A stretch of 64,000 nt of DNA. It comes from Mustelus asterias. Lineage: Eukaryota. The position numbers and the translations under genes are program-made. Shown piece by piece: positions 1 to 12,576 of the stretch (position 1 is its first letter; every line of letters begins with the position of its first letter). The stretch is taken from assembly GCF_964213995.1 (NCBI RefSeq), contig NC_135829.1, positions 3,286,001 through 3,350,000 on the forward strand, read 5' to 3'. The notes beneath the pieces are model-generated. The model did not search any database. It was not told the origin of the DNA and worked only from the letters and a program-made list of their open reading frames with translations.

Positions 1-547
1 TGAAATTCCCCTAGTCGCCACACTCCGGCACCTGTTCGTGTCAATGCACCCTAACCAGCACGTCTTTCAGACTGTGGGAGGAAACAGGAGCACCCGGAGG
101 AAACCCATGCAGACATGAGGAGAACGTGCAAATTCCGCACAGACAGTGATCCAAGCCGGGAATCGAACCCGGGTCCTGTGAGGCAGCAGAGCTAATCACT
201 GTGCTGCCCTTATAATAGTATAAGTGGATTGAAATTTACCTAAACCACTCTCCACTTAATCATTTTTTTGCTCAGAAGACTGGGTTGATTAGCATATTAT
301 TTACATTGTTGGTTTGACTAATTTGGCAGCACTTCGACCCCTCAATTAGAAGGTTTTGGGTTCAAATCACTATTTTAGCACATAGTCTAGGTTGACAGTC
401 CAGCATAGTATTGAAGGAGCCCCATGATGCTGCAGTTGCCATCCTTCCTGGCACACTAAACAGCGGATCCCAAATGCCTGTTCCACAGGTTTAGGTAAAA
501 AATGTACTTTGTGGCACTGTGTTCTCTGAATATTTGTCCTCCAACCA

Positions 548-845
548 ATTGTGGCACAGTAGTTAGCACTGCTGCTTCAGTGCCAGGGACTTGGGTTCGA
601 TTCTTGACTTGGGTCACAGTCTGTGCAAAGTCTGCACATTCTTCCTCTGTCTGCATGGGTTTCCTCCGGGTGCTCCGGTTTCCTCCCACTGTCTGAAAGA
701 CGTGCTGGTTAGGCGCATTGGCCGTGCTAAATTCTCCCTCAGTGTACCTGAACAGGCGCCGGAGTGTGGCGACTGGGGAATTTTCATAGTAACTGCATTG
801 CACTGTTAACATAAGCCTACTTGTGACACTAATAAATAAACTTTT
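548..845 (+). mobile_element. V-SINE variant with alternative tail (...CTACTTGTGACACTAATAAATAAA)
   Basis: Same tRNA head and V-domain but a different 3' half. Other copies: 1-210 -, ~13123-13325 -, ~19820-20120 +, ~31315-31596 +, ~43050-43326 -, ~52376-52613 -. Confidence 0.9.
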
Positions 846-1034
846 AAAACAATAATTAGCAAAAGCATTCGAACCAGTCATCTCGCTGCTGTTTGTTGCT
901 TCTTAGAAGTGTGCAAAATAACCACTTCATTCACCTACATAACAAAAGTCACTACATGTTAGATAATGCTGTTTTGAGTCATCCCTGAGATATGATGAGA
1001 TACCGTATAAATTTTTCATGATTTCAAGTTTGCA

Positions 1035-1392
1035 GGGCGGCACGGTAGCACAGTGGTTAGCACTGCTGCTTCACAGCTCCAGGGACCTGGGTTCGATTCC
1101 CGGCTTGGGTCACTGTCTGTGCGGAGTTTGCACATTCTCTGCGTGGGTTTCCTCCGGGTGCTCCGGTTTCCTCCCACAGTCCAAAGATGTGCGTGTTAGG
1201 TTGATTGGCCAAGCTAAATTGCCCCTTAGTGTCCCAGGATGCGTAGATTAGAGGGATTAGCGGGTAAATATGAGGGTTAGGGGGATTAGCAGGTAAATAT
1301 GTAGGGATACGGGGATAGGGCCTGGGTGGGATTGTTGTCGGTGCAGACTCGATGGGCCTCTTTCCGCACTGTAGGGTTTCTATTTCTATTTC
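1035..1392 (+). mobile_element. HE1-like tRNA-derived V-SINE (CR1-type tail)
   Basis: A/B-box-like head (CACAGTGGTTAGC, GGTTCGATTCC), V-domain GTGGGTTTCCTCCGGGTGCTCCGGTTTCCTCCCAC and CR1-like tail. Confidence 0.9.
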
Positions 1393-2804
1393 TTTGGGTC
1401 CTGCAATTAATAAAGCAATATAGGAACAATGCTCGCACTGGAATCAGCGTTATTATATAACAGCCCCTCCTCCCCTCCCCCTGCCCACCTAAGAAATTAT
1501 AAATACTGCAGGCAGAGACAACTGCAACATGCTCAGCTATGCAAAGAGTGTTTACGTTTAACAAGTGTAAGTCTGGATAGAAAAGGACATCACAAGGAGG
1601 CACTGCTGCCATACATGACCTCATCTAAAATTCAGCTTTATTCCTAAAGGGCTGCAAACTGTTTGCGAAAGTGACACTGGCCCAATTCCAGCCAACAAAA
1701 CAACAGCTATGTAATGTGTTTTTGTGTTCCAGCAAGCACTCTTTCCTAAACCAGTCTCCAGTCTCACAGGGGTTATTAATATGAAAGGCATTTGTAACAT
1801 TTCCACGCTCCGTCAGCATTTCCTGGAATTTCTGGAGACAAAATTTTTTTTTTTTTAAAAAGCAAACTTGTCGTCACAGACAAAAGATATTTATCTTCGG
1901 TATCAGAAAATAAATGTGTCAATATTCAAAATAATCTTTTTCCTAAAAGTGCAAAATTATAATGCAATCATATTGCAAATTTAAAGTAATAAATTAAGCA
2001 GCTGAAGAGATGAAGCATGTAAGGAAATACACTATTGCAGTGATAATTCTTTACCATTTAAGGAAACGCGCATGAATTAACATTGCAACATTCCCCCATG
2101 ACATGTGGTTAAAAATCTGGCAAGCTTGGTAACTGGCTTAGCACCATTAGTGTATGGGTCACAGATGGCATAAAAGCTTTTAAACTATTTAAAACTTCTC
2201 AAAACAAACATCCTGGGCAAGTGCACAGACAGTGCAGCAAAACTGTTCTGGCAGTTACCATCTTTCATGTCCACTCCTTTGAGAATATTCATGCAGCCAA
2301 GTTTACATACTCTGCTACTTTGAACTGCTTAAGCAGCATCAAAGCTGAAAGATAAAGCACAGTCCTGCTTGACCTCTACACAACACATGCAAGATCTGGT
2401 TATGTACTTTATTTTATACTTTTCACCCATCTCCAGTGACTTGACAATCAAGAGGCACGACACCTTCTCCAAAGTCAGGACTCTGCACTTGCCGAGCAAA
2501 CATTCAACACCGTACATTCCCTGCACTTATTATTTAAATAAAAGTCACCAAATAAGAATGTTGAAGTGGAGGACAAGACCATTCTTTTTTAATATGTTAA
2601 CAATCCAATAAAACAACCCTTAACCTGATCGCCCTCACAAATTACTGCCAGATCTCCAACCCTCCTTTTCTCTCCAAAGTCCCGGAAACTGTCGCCACAT
2701 CTTAAATCCATGCCCATTTTCCCCGTTGTAGAATTTCTCTAATCAGGTTTCCACCCACGCCAGGGAAGATCTCATCAAATGGCATGAAAAACTGCGTATT
2801 GTGT

Positions 2805-3225
2805 GTCTGCAGTGGTTCAGTTGGCAACACACGTACTTCTAAATAATGAGGTTCATAAAGTTCGGGTTCAAGTCCCACTCCAGGACTTCAGCACAGAAAT
2901 CAAGGCTGACACTCCAGTGCAGTAGAGAGCGAGCACTGAATTGTTGGAGGTGCCATCTTTTGGTTGAGACACAGGCCTATTTGGGTGAATGTAGAATATA
3001 CTATGGCACTATTTCAAAGCAGTGCAGGAGATATTTTCCTGGTGCGTTGGCCAATGTTTACCTTTCAATTAACATTACAATAAAAACAGGTCATCTGGTC
3101 AGTATCCACTGCTGTTGATGGGATGTGCTGGGTGCAAAATAGTTGCTGCATTTCCTACATTCCAATAGTGACTACACTTTGAAAGGAACGTAATTGGCTT
3201 CATAAAGCGCTTAGAAATATCTGGC
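2805..3225 (+). mobile_element. SacSINE1/DeuSINE-like element (also ~318-1012 split by a V-SINE)
   Basis: tRNA head GGTTCAAGTCCC, Deu-like core ATGGCACTATTT..GGTG..TTGGCCAAT.TTTA.C..TCAA, and L2-like tail. Confidence 0.8.
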
Positions 3226-3389
3226 GTCTTTTCTCGCTCCTGCAGCATTACCTCTGGTGTCCCCCCAACAATCTATCCTTGGCTCTTTCTAATTTTCATC
3301 GACATGCTGTCTCTCAGCAACAACGTCTGAAAAAAATGTTGGTTTTCACACAATGACACCCAACTCTACCTTACCACCATGTCTCTTGG

Positions 3390-4430
3390 ACAGAGGATTG
3401 GCTAACCAACAGAAAACGGGGATAAATGGGTCTCCCTCGGTTTGACAAGCTGTAACTAGTGGTGTTCCACAGGGTTCATTACTTGAGCTCCAACTATTTA
3501 AGATCTATATTAATGTCTTTGGATGCAGGGATAGAATGTAGGCTAGCCAAATTTGCAGATGACAATAAAATAGGTGGGAAATCAAGCTGCAATGAGGAAA
3601 TAAGAAATTTACAAATGGGTAGAGATAAGTCAGGTGAGAGGAATTTAACGTGGATAGTTGTGAGGTTGTCCATTTTGGTCAGAGGAATAAAAAAAACTTT
3701 CTATCTCAATGGAGAGAAACTTGAAAACGATTCGGTGCAGAGGAATCTGGGTGTCCTCATGCACGAATCGCAGAAAGTTAGTATGCAGGTAATAAGGAAG
3801 GCAAATGGAATTTTAGCATTCATTGCTTATGCAAGAGAGTATAAAAGCAGGGAAGTGCTGTTGCAACTGTATCAGGCATTGGTGAGACTGCATCCGAAAT
3901 ACCGTGCAGAATTTTGGTCCCCTTACTGAAGGAAGGTCGTAAATGCATCAGAGGCAGTTCAGAGAAGGTCGATTCCAAGGTTGAAGGACTTGTGCAATGA
4001 AAAGAGACTAAGCAGTTGAGGTCTATGCTCGCTGGAGTTTAGAATAATGAGAGGAGATCTAATTGAGGTATAAGAGATGCTAAATGGGATTGACAGGGTA
4101 GACGTGGAGCGGATGTTTCCCCTTATTGGACATTCTAGAACGAAAGGCCATAGTTTTAGGCTAAGAGGTGGCAGATTGAAAACAGAAATGAGGAGGAATT
4201 ACTTCACTCAAAGGGTCATGAATTGGTGGAATTTTCTACCCCATAGTGCAGTGGAGCTCACCAGAACACCAATTAAATTTGAGGAGATTGTTAGATTTTA
4301 ATTAGTAGAGGGATAAAAGGATAAAGGGAGCGGCAGGAAAGTGGAGATGAGATCAGCCATGATCATATTGAATAGCGGAGCAGGCCCAAGGGGCTGAATT
4401 GCCTATTTCTGCTCCTAATTCTTATGTCCT
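3390..4430 (+). mobile_element. Degenerate CR1 LINE RT/3' end nested in an L2-like remnant (~3240-4620)
   Basis: ORFs 3459-3929 (KFADD) and 4077-4301. Confidence 0.9.
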
Positions 4431-4636
4431 CTCTCGACTCCACCCCCACTGTCGCTAAATTATCAGATGGCTGGCCTTGAGTAGCTGAATAAGCAGAAAT
4501 TTCATTCATTTAAATTTCGGGAAGGAATTGAATCGGCTATTCCATAAATAAACTATTCCATAACCAGCAAGTCCATCCTTCCCCCTGACAATCCTGTCTG
4601 AGGCTGAACCAGACTATCACACTCAAATAAAAGCAA

Positions 4637-4847
4637 TGATGTGGAGATGCCAGTGTTGGACTGGGGTGGGCGCAGTAAGAAGTCTCACAACACCAGGTTA
4701 AAGTCCAACAGGTTTATTTGGAATCACGAGCTTTCGGAGCGCTGCTGAGTGAGTGATTCAGCTGAAGAAGGAGCAGCACTCCGAAAGCTTGAGATTCCAA
4801 ATAAACCTGTTGGATTTTAACCTGGTGTTGAGAGACTTCTTACTGTG
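4637..4847. mobile_element. Fold-back Penelope tail insertion with 11-bp TSD
   Basis: Inverted arms 4671-4746 / 4772-4847; TSD AATAAAAGCAA at 4626-4636 and 4848-4858; degenerate hammerhead at 4758-4794. Confidence 0.88.
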
Positions 4848-4975
4848 AATAAAAGCAAAATGCTGTGGATGCTGGAAACCTGAAAAAAGGAAAATGCTGG
4901 ATGAACTCAGCAGGTCTGGCAACATCTGTGGAGAGAGAAACAGAGGTTAACCTTTTGAGTCCATACGACCCTTCT
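4848..4975 (-). mobile_element. Second, older Penelope-like tail family (other copies ~37300-37390 +, ~38165-38302 +, ~42960-43370 - split by a SINE)
   Basis: Shared motif TTTCTCTCTCCACAGATGCTGCCAGACCTGCTGAG...CAGCAT; degenerate hammerhead-like cores, e.g. 43336-43370 minus GCT-CTGACAA-AGTC..GACTT-GAAATGTT-AGC. Confidence 0.65.
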
Positions 4976-5671
4976 ACCGCACTGCTTTTAGCTTGATGAG
5001 GCCCTAAGCTCTGGAATTCCCTCCCTAAACCTCTCCACTTGCTGCTAACTGACCTGAAGCTCCGCGTGTAGCTTGACATAACATTTGCACTCCTGTGAAA
5101 CTCCCTGGGGCATTTTATTAATGGCAGTGTATAATTACATGCTGCTATTTTTACACATCCATCCTCTTGTATCACCCAATCTCGTTTTCTGTCCAGAAAT
5201 GCATCACACACACCTTTGAACTTGTCCTGACTGCTTCAGTATCCTGTTCTCATAACTTTTATTTCTTTTACTCTTTGATGTAACCAATTCCCTATGTGGT
5301 CATACATACGCACATATCTGGCTATTTCTCTGGATCTGAACCCATGACTTTGCTGTCTTCCTTTTCCTCTTGGTTCCTCTAGGGCTCTTCTTTCCTTTCT
5401 CATCCTTACCCTGTCATTCGATCATGCCATTTTGCATTTCTGCCTCTAAGGTATTTCTCCCTCATCACCACTTCCCTGCCATCTCTACACCAAACCCCAG
5501 AGGGAATGAGGGGCACAGAGGCGTGAGTGAAGGATGTGGTGTGGGGCAAGGCAGAGTAGCTGGGTAGATTTGGGGTAGTCAAGGACAAGAAGCAGCAAAG
5601 GAAGCTTAAGAATGGTACCCACTATCAAGCTGAAACTGCACAAACACATTGCACTGGTGATGGCACTGCAA

Positions 5672-6354
5672 AGAGATCTAGGGGTACATGTTCATAGCTC
5701 CTTGAAAGTGAAGTCACAGGTGGACAGAGTGGTTTCATCAGTCAGAACATTGAATACAGGAGTTGGGATGTCTTGTTGAAGTTGTACAAGACATTGGTAA
5801 GGCCACACTTGGAATACTGTGTGCAATTCTGGTCACCCTATTACAGAAAGCATATTATTAAACTAGAAAGTGTGCAGAAAAGATTTACTAGGATGCTACC
5901 GGAACTTGATGGATTGAGTTATAAGGAGAGGCTGAATAAACTGGGACTTTTTTCTCTGGAGCGTAGGAGGCTGAGGGGTGACCTTATAGAGGTCTATAAA
6001 ATAATGAGGGGCATAGACAAGGTAGATAGTCAATATATTTTCCCAAAGGTAGGGGAGTCTAAAACTAGAGGGCATAGGTTTGTGATAGGGGACAGATTCA
6101 AAAGTGTCCAGAGGGGCAATTTTTTCACACAGAGGGTGGTGAGTGTCTGGAACAAGCTGCCAGAGGTAGTAGTAGAGGCGGGTACAATTTTATCTTTTAA
6201 AAAGCATTTAGATAGTTACATGGGTACGATGGGTATAGAGGGATATAGGCCAAATGTGGGCAATTGGGATTAGTTTAGGGGTTTTTAAAAAAAAGGCGGC
6301 ATGGACAAGTTGGGCCGAAGGGCCTGTTTCAATGCTGTAAACCTCTATGACTCT
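5672..6354 (+). mobile_element. CR1/HER1-like LINE family A, 3' fragment
   Basis: ORF 5773-6273 LVRPHLEYCVQFWSP; tail ...CTGTAAACCTCTATGACTCT. Confidence 0.93.
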
Positions 6355-6954
6355 GGCACTCAAATACACACAATCTCACACATTTACAGTTGCGACTTGG
6401 ATAACAAACAAGAATATGCATTTATATTGTACCGTTAACGGCAAAATTTTCCAAGGCGTTTCCTGTTATCAGATAAAGTTTGACATTGAGCCATAAGTAG
6501 ATATTAGGATTGGTAACTAAAAGATTGGGAGTGATTGATTTTATAGGAGCATCCTAAAAGTGGGAAGAGAGGCACGGGAAAGTTTAGGGACGGAATTCTA
6601 TAATTTATGGCTTAGAGGCATGGCCACCAAGGAATGAAGAAAACTGGAGCTGGGAAAATTGGAGGAACACACATTTGTCATTAGGCAGAACGAGATTCCA
6701 GAGGTAGAAAGGGGTGAAGGCCATGGAAGGATTTGAACACAAATGTGTACATTTTAAATTCTATACGAGAGCCAATGTGGGTCAATGAGTACAGAAACAG
6801 AAAAATCTTTACAACCTCTCTGTCCTTGTCACTTAACAGATGAATGCACTTAGCAAATTAAAATATGGGTCAGCCAATTAGTTAAGTTCTAAACATATCT
6901 CCTCACTCTTCCGCTCCCTGCATCCTCAATGTTCAGTTCAACACTCACTAAACC

Positions 6955-7287
6955 GGCGGCACGGTAGCACAGTGGTTAACACTGCTGCTTCACAGCTCCA
7001 GGGTCCTGGGTTCGATTCCCGGCTCGGGTCACTGTCTGTGTGGAGTTTGCACATTCTCCTCGTGTCTGCGTGGGTTTCCTCCGGGTGCTCCGGTTTCCTC
7101 CCACAGTCCAAAGATGTGCGGGTTAGGTTGATTGGCCAGGTTAAAAATTGCCCCTTAGAGTCCTGGGATGTGTAGGTTAGAGGGATTAGCGGGTAAATAT
7201 GTGGGGGTAGGGCCTGGGTGGGATTGTGGTCGGTGCAGAATCGATGGACCGAATGGCCTCTTTCTGCACTGTAGGGTTTCTATGATT
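6955..7287 (+). mobile_element. HE1-like V-SINE with 7-bp TSD
   Basis: Full head, V-domain and tail; CTAAACC at 6948-6954 and 7288-7294. Confidence 0.92.
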
Positions 7288-7445
7288 CTAAACCATATCC
7301 AACACATCTTACCCAAAAGTAAAACCTGGAAATTCTGTCAATCTGCAATCATGTAAGAATCAAAATCTTAAAATTGCCAGTACGTTATGAAAAGGAAAGC
7401 GTCATCTTTCAGTGGGAAAGTTCACTGGTTTTGATTTGAAAAGAA

Positions 7446-8265
7446 CTTGTCCGCAGCAAACTACCCAGCCTTCAGGAGAACAGTGACCACGACACCACAC
7501 AACCCTGCCACAGCAACCTCTGCAAGACATGCCGGATCATCGATACGGATGCCATCATCTCACGTGAGAACACCATCCACCAAGTACATGGTACATACAC
7601 TTGCAACTCGGCCAACGTTGTCTACCTGATACGCTGCAGGAAAGGATGTCCTGAGGCATGGTACATTGGGAAGACCATGCAGACGCTACGACAACGGATG
7701 AATGAACACCGCTCGACAATCACCAGGCAAGAGTGTTCTCTTCCTGTTGGGGAACACTTCAGCGGTCACGGGCATTCAGTCTCTGATCTTCGGGTAAGCA
7801 TTCTCCAAGGCTGCCTTCACGACACACGACAACGCAGAGTCGCTGAGCAGAGGCTGATAGCCAAGTTCCGCACACATGACGACGGCCTCAACCGGGATCT
7901 TGGGTTCATGTCACACTATCTGTAACACCCACGACTTGCCTGGGCTTGCAAAATCTCACTAACTGTCCTGGCTGGAGACAATACACATCTCTTTAACCTG
8001 TGCTTAGCCCTCTCTCCACTCACATTGTCTGTACCTTTTGAGACTTGATTACCTGCAAAGACTCGCATTCCAATCATTATTTTGTAAATTGCATTTGTGT
8101 CTTTAGATACCCTGTTTGTGAACAGAACTCCCACTTACCTGATGAAAGAGCAGCGCTCCGAAAGCTAGTGGCTTGTGCTACCAAATAAACCTGTTGGACT
8201 TTATCCTGATGTTGTGAGACTTCTTACTGTGTTTACCCCAGTCCAATGCCGGCATCTCCACACCA
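7446..8265 (+). mobile_element. Penelope-like retroelement 3' part (Cys-rich linker + GIY-YIG endonuclease + pLTR tail)
   Basis: Open frame 7446-7925: ...PCHSNLCKTC...NVVYLIRCRKGCPEAWYIGKTMQTLRQRMNEHR...GLN, i.e. GIY-YIG motifs VVY/YIG/R/H/E/N. The tail 8095-8265 is shared with other fragments in the window. Confidence 0.93.
8135..8171 (+). ncRNA. Minimal type I hammerhead ribozyme in Penelope tail (stem II closing pair mutated)
   Basis: TTAC-CTGATGA-A-AGAGC agc GCTCC-GAAA-GCTA^GTGG; palindromic AGCT stem III. Confidence 0.75.
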
Positions 8266-8349
8266 TTCTGAATCAATACCACATAAAACATTAAACTTAA
8301 GGTGGCAGCTTGATAAGGAAATTTTACGTGGTCACAAGTTCATATTGCG

Positions 8350-9050
8350 GTGAGAGAATCTAACCACCACCCCTTGACATTCAATGGCATTACCATCGCT
8401 GAATCCTCCACCATCAACATCCTGGAAGTTACCATTGATCAAAAACTGAACTGGACCAGCCATATGAATACTGTGGCTACAAGAGCAGGTCAAAGGCTAG
8501 GAATCCTATGATGAGTAACTCACCTCCTGACACCCAAAAGCCTGTTCACTATCTACAAGGCACATTCTGGATGAATGCAGCTTCAACAACACTCAAGAAG
8601 CTCAACATCATCCAGGCCCGCTTGATTGCTACCTAGTCCACAAACATTCAATTCCTCCACCACTGACAAACAGTGGCAGCAGTGCTTACCAGCTACAGGA
8701 TGCACTATGAGAACTCACCAAGGTTACTTAGGAGGCACCTTCCAAACCCACAACCACTATCATCTAGAAGGACAAGAGCAGCAGATACCTGGGAACACCC
8801 CCACCTGGAGATTCCCCTCCGAGTCACTCACCATCCTGACTTAGAAATATATCACTGTTTTTTCACTGTCGCTGGGTCAAAATACTGGAATTCCTTCCCC
8901 AACAGCACTGTGAGTGTACCTACACCTCAGGGACAGCAGCAGTTCGGGAAGGCAGCTCACCAGCACCTTCTGGAGGGTAATGAGGGATGGGCAATAAATG
9001 CTGCTCTAGCCAGCAACACCCACATCCCATAAAAAACACATTAAAAAAGA
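8350..9050 (+). mobile_element. CR1/L2-group LINE family with GGGATGGGCAATAAATGC tail
   Basis: Homologous in reverse to 23640-24602 and to parts of 19655-21965. Confidence 0.85.
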
Positions 9051-9730
9051 AAGTGCCTTGTCCTGGAGGATGACACAAACTACTCCTTACTCCTGCATTC
9101 TACTACTCAAAACCAAAAGAGTCAAGGGAGGGAAACTTCTTCCCACTGAATGGAAAAAAATAGTCTGAGTACAGAACCTCAATACAATACTGAAAGTCAG
9201 TACACATCTATGCCCTGCAGTCATCATTGCCCTCAATGATTTGTTACAAGAACTCACAAAGCATTATGAGTCACAGTTAGTATTAGCCACCCTTAAAATT
9301 GGAGTGCTGAATAGTCACATGGCATGATCTAATTGTGATTAATTCTTGTGGCAGACACCAATAAAGGCATTACTGAAAATGTCTTCACACAGCACAGAAC
9401 TTATTGACAAAAGCATATTGATAGTCTAGGCTCATGCTGAGCAGTGTTTAGTCACATCGGTAATTATCTTATTTATAGTCTGTCATGACAATTCTCAGAA
9501 TTAAACATATTTCTTAAAGAAAAAGGGACCCTCAAGGCCAGTAGAAAGTAAATATCAAAACATTTCAAATTGAGAGAAATTTGTGAATATAAAACGGAGC
9601 CGTATCCAGTTACAATGACGCTTTCCAAAATTATAATGGCAAAAGATTTCAAAAATCTCTACAACTTCCCCGATGCATTAGTTGGTTGTAGCCTAGGCTG
9701 CAGTCAAAGACTGTTATTGAGCAAACCAAC

Positions 9731-10013
9731 AAGGGCATGGGTTTAAGGTGAGAGCGGAGAGATACAAAAGGATCCAGAGGGACAATTTTTTTCACACAGA
9801 GGGTGGTGAGTATCTGGAACAAGCTGCCAGAGGCAGTAGTAGAGGCAGGTACAATTTTGTCTTTTAAAAAGCATTTAAACAATTACATAGGTGAGATGGG
9901 TATGGAGGGATATGAGCAATTGGGACTAGTTTAGTCGTTAAAAAAAAAAGGGGTGGCACGGACAAGTTGGGCCGAAGAGGCTGTTTCCATGCTGCAAACC
10001 TCTATCACTCTAT
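9731..10013 (+). mobile_element. CR1 family A 3' fragment
   Basis: Highly similar to 6068-6354. Confidence 0.9.
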
Positions 10014-11685
10014 AAGGTCTCAGGTTGAAACTCTGGGATGTGCTGAGTAGCTGAATGTATTTTGGACAGTTTGATGGGTGCTACAATTAGCTTCAGTGCC
10101 CTGGCATGAGGAGTAGGAAAAGTACAACATATGGGTGGAGGCAGGACTAAGTTCCACGGTGATGCATACCCACTCTTTGTATTTCCTGCCATCGCTTATT
10201 GCTCAGGGAGAAACAGTCGACGCACTATAATGTTTGGAAACAATGGCCTGAGATGAGTAAAGATGAGTCAAGAGAAAATCTTTTGACTTGAAATGATGTG
10301 TTCATTCGGCTCTGGGGAAGCACAGATGTGAGTGACACCTTGTCAGAAACATCACGTAACCACAGCTGGGAACAGAGAGAACATAGTCTGTTCATTCTTA
10401 TACCTGTTCCCTGTGTTGAAAGTTGAACAAGCAGCAACAGGAGTTTTGATTCATCAAGTGAATAGCTCACTATTTTTGAAGTTGACATCAATCACTTCAA
10501 GGCAATTAGGGTGACAACACTTTTAAAAGCAACAGAACTGCTGTACACGCTTGCCGCCACTTCATCTGGGCCACATCCTTAAATGCACAACTTCATAAGG
10601 TGAATATTTAAAAATTCATAAGCTGCAATCGAATCCAGTATTTCAAAGTCCCAGACTACCTAAACAATTTAGATAATACACTAAGCACCATTGCTGTATC
10701 AGACAAACCAGTGAGGTGCTTGGCTGAATCAATGGCCTTTGTTGAATTAGCTAATCAAAGTTTCTCTCCTGAAGGTACTGTGGGATAGTTTCCATGGGTA
10801 ATTTGTGGTATCACATCAAGAACCCACACTTTATGTATAAATCAGAAAATTTAGGATTTGCAACCAATTCATTCATCAGGGCATACAAGTGATTTCATTT
10901 CTACCCTGGCACATCTACAAACTTCAGGAATCAATGGGTAGACATCCCAGAATGAAAAGATTGGATGTTTTCCTTCTCCGTAGCCCAGGGATGAAAATAT
11001 CAATGGTAGCACCCATGCTGATACCCTCACTCTGAGGTCAGTTAGTGCAACTCAGACCAGAGATCATTACTGGAACGTCAGTACAACATCAGATGTTGCG
11101 TTTTCCAACAAACCACAGAGGAAGCTATCCGCTTTTTTGCTCAATGAGACAATACACAATGCATTACTAGGAAACAAAATCACCGAGAAATTTCCAGTCC
11201 AGCACAAGAAACGTCAAAGGATTCTCGCAGGAGTGCTTAAAAATTAGCTGCAGTTCAAGAGTTTCAAATTTGCGAGCTGTGGGCATGTCTGCTTGATAAT
11301 CTAATTAAAGGAGTGGATGACTGGACCTCATGCAGAGCTTCCTGATGAATGAATTCATTCACATTGGCTAGCAAGACTAGGCTACAGGTCGGAACTGGCT
11401 GATTCAAACAGACAGAAGGGTTTTTGTAAATTTAGAATTTTTTTTTTTTTAAAAGCAGTTAATGGGAAAACAAACCCAGAACTCAAGATGTCAGCCTCTT
11501 CTCTGTATGCAACAGTTCTCTGAGGCACTACCTTCGAGTGTCCAATAATGAAATCACTTATTGATATGCGAACACGGGGAGAAAAGCAATTTTGTTTGAA
11601 AGTTTTGGCATTGAGCCAATAGGTTTTGATCCTCGCACTGAATAGTGACTAAAATAACTTTGTACCAGGATCAAGTTGTAATAGA

Positions 11686-11985
11686 ATAAAGAACAAAGAA
11701 AATTACAGCACGGAAACAGGCCCTTCGGCCCTCCAAGCCTGCACCGACCATGCTGCCCGACTGAACTAAAACCCCTTACCCTTCTGGGGACCATATCCCT
11801 CTATCCCCATCCTATTCATGTACTTGTCAGGACGCCCCTTAAAAGTCACTACCGTATCCACTTCCACTACCTCCCCCGGCAACGGGTTCCAGGCACCCAC
11901 GACTCTCTGTGTAAAAAATCTGCCTCGTAAAGAAGAAAATTACAGTACAGGAACAGGCCGTTCGGCCCTCCAAGCCTGCACCGAA
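11686..11985 (-). mobile_element. Two tandem CR1 3' ends
   Basis: GAAAATTACAG(C/T)AC..AACAGGCC..TTCGGCCCTCCAAGCCTGCACCGA occurs at ~11698 and again at ~11935. Confidence 0.82.
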
Positions 11986-12206
11986 AATGTTTCTTTTTAA
12001 AGTGAGTGTCTGCAGTCAATCGCACACAACTTAACATATCACAGTCACAGTGGAGTGACAGAACACAAGGCAGACTGGCTACTGTTTGTCCATTACAAAA
12101 CTGACCTAGTGTAGATAATTCATAGAAACTACTAAAACTAATTCTCCACTTTGCAAATAAACACGAATTAAGAAATATGTCTTCAGTGTGAAGAAGGAGT
12201 TTGACA

Positions 12207-12228
12207 TATATATATATATATATATATA
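12207..12228. repeat. (AT)n microsatellite
   Basis: About 11 AT units. Confidence 0.9.
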
Positions 12229-12576
12229 CACGGTGGGAAATGCAGTAAAACACACTGCAAGGAATGGTGCAAACAGAGCACTATGTCCATTCATGAATAT
12301 GTACAGCATTATTTTAAAAGTCAGTAATTGCACAACTGTACCTGTACTGCTCCTAAGTTTGATCATCAAAATTACCGAGTGGTCAGCTGGCCGTCAGGCT
12401 GCTCCGTTACAGTGAGGGTGGACGCTCACGCTACACCAAAGAATCTGAAACCTGATGTCATCCCCACGTTTTAAAAAAGGCCGTCGTTAAAACGCTAAAA
12501 GCAATTTGTAACTGAATCTCAGCATTGCAAATTGCATTACGATTTTGCCGAGATTGCTGTGTAATATTTGAATTAA

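Noticed and set aside
1035-1110. tRNA-like sequences with A/B boxes (many copies)
   Set aside because: They are SINE heads continuing into V-domain and LINE-like tails, not tRNA genes.
1625-1835. Acceptor-like TTTTGTCTCCAG followed by a minus-strand 64-aa ORF
   Set aside because: No myosin similarity, it ends in a stop and has no convincing donor; at most a cryptic exon.
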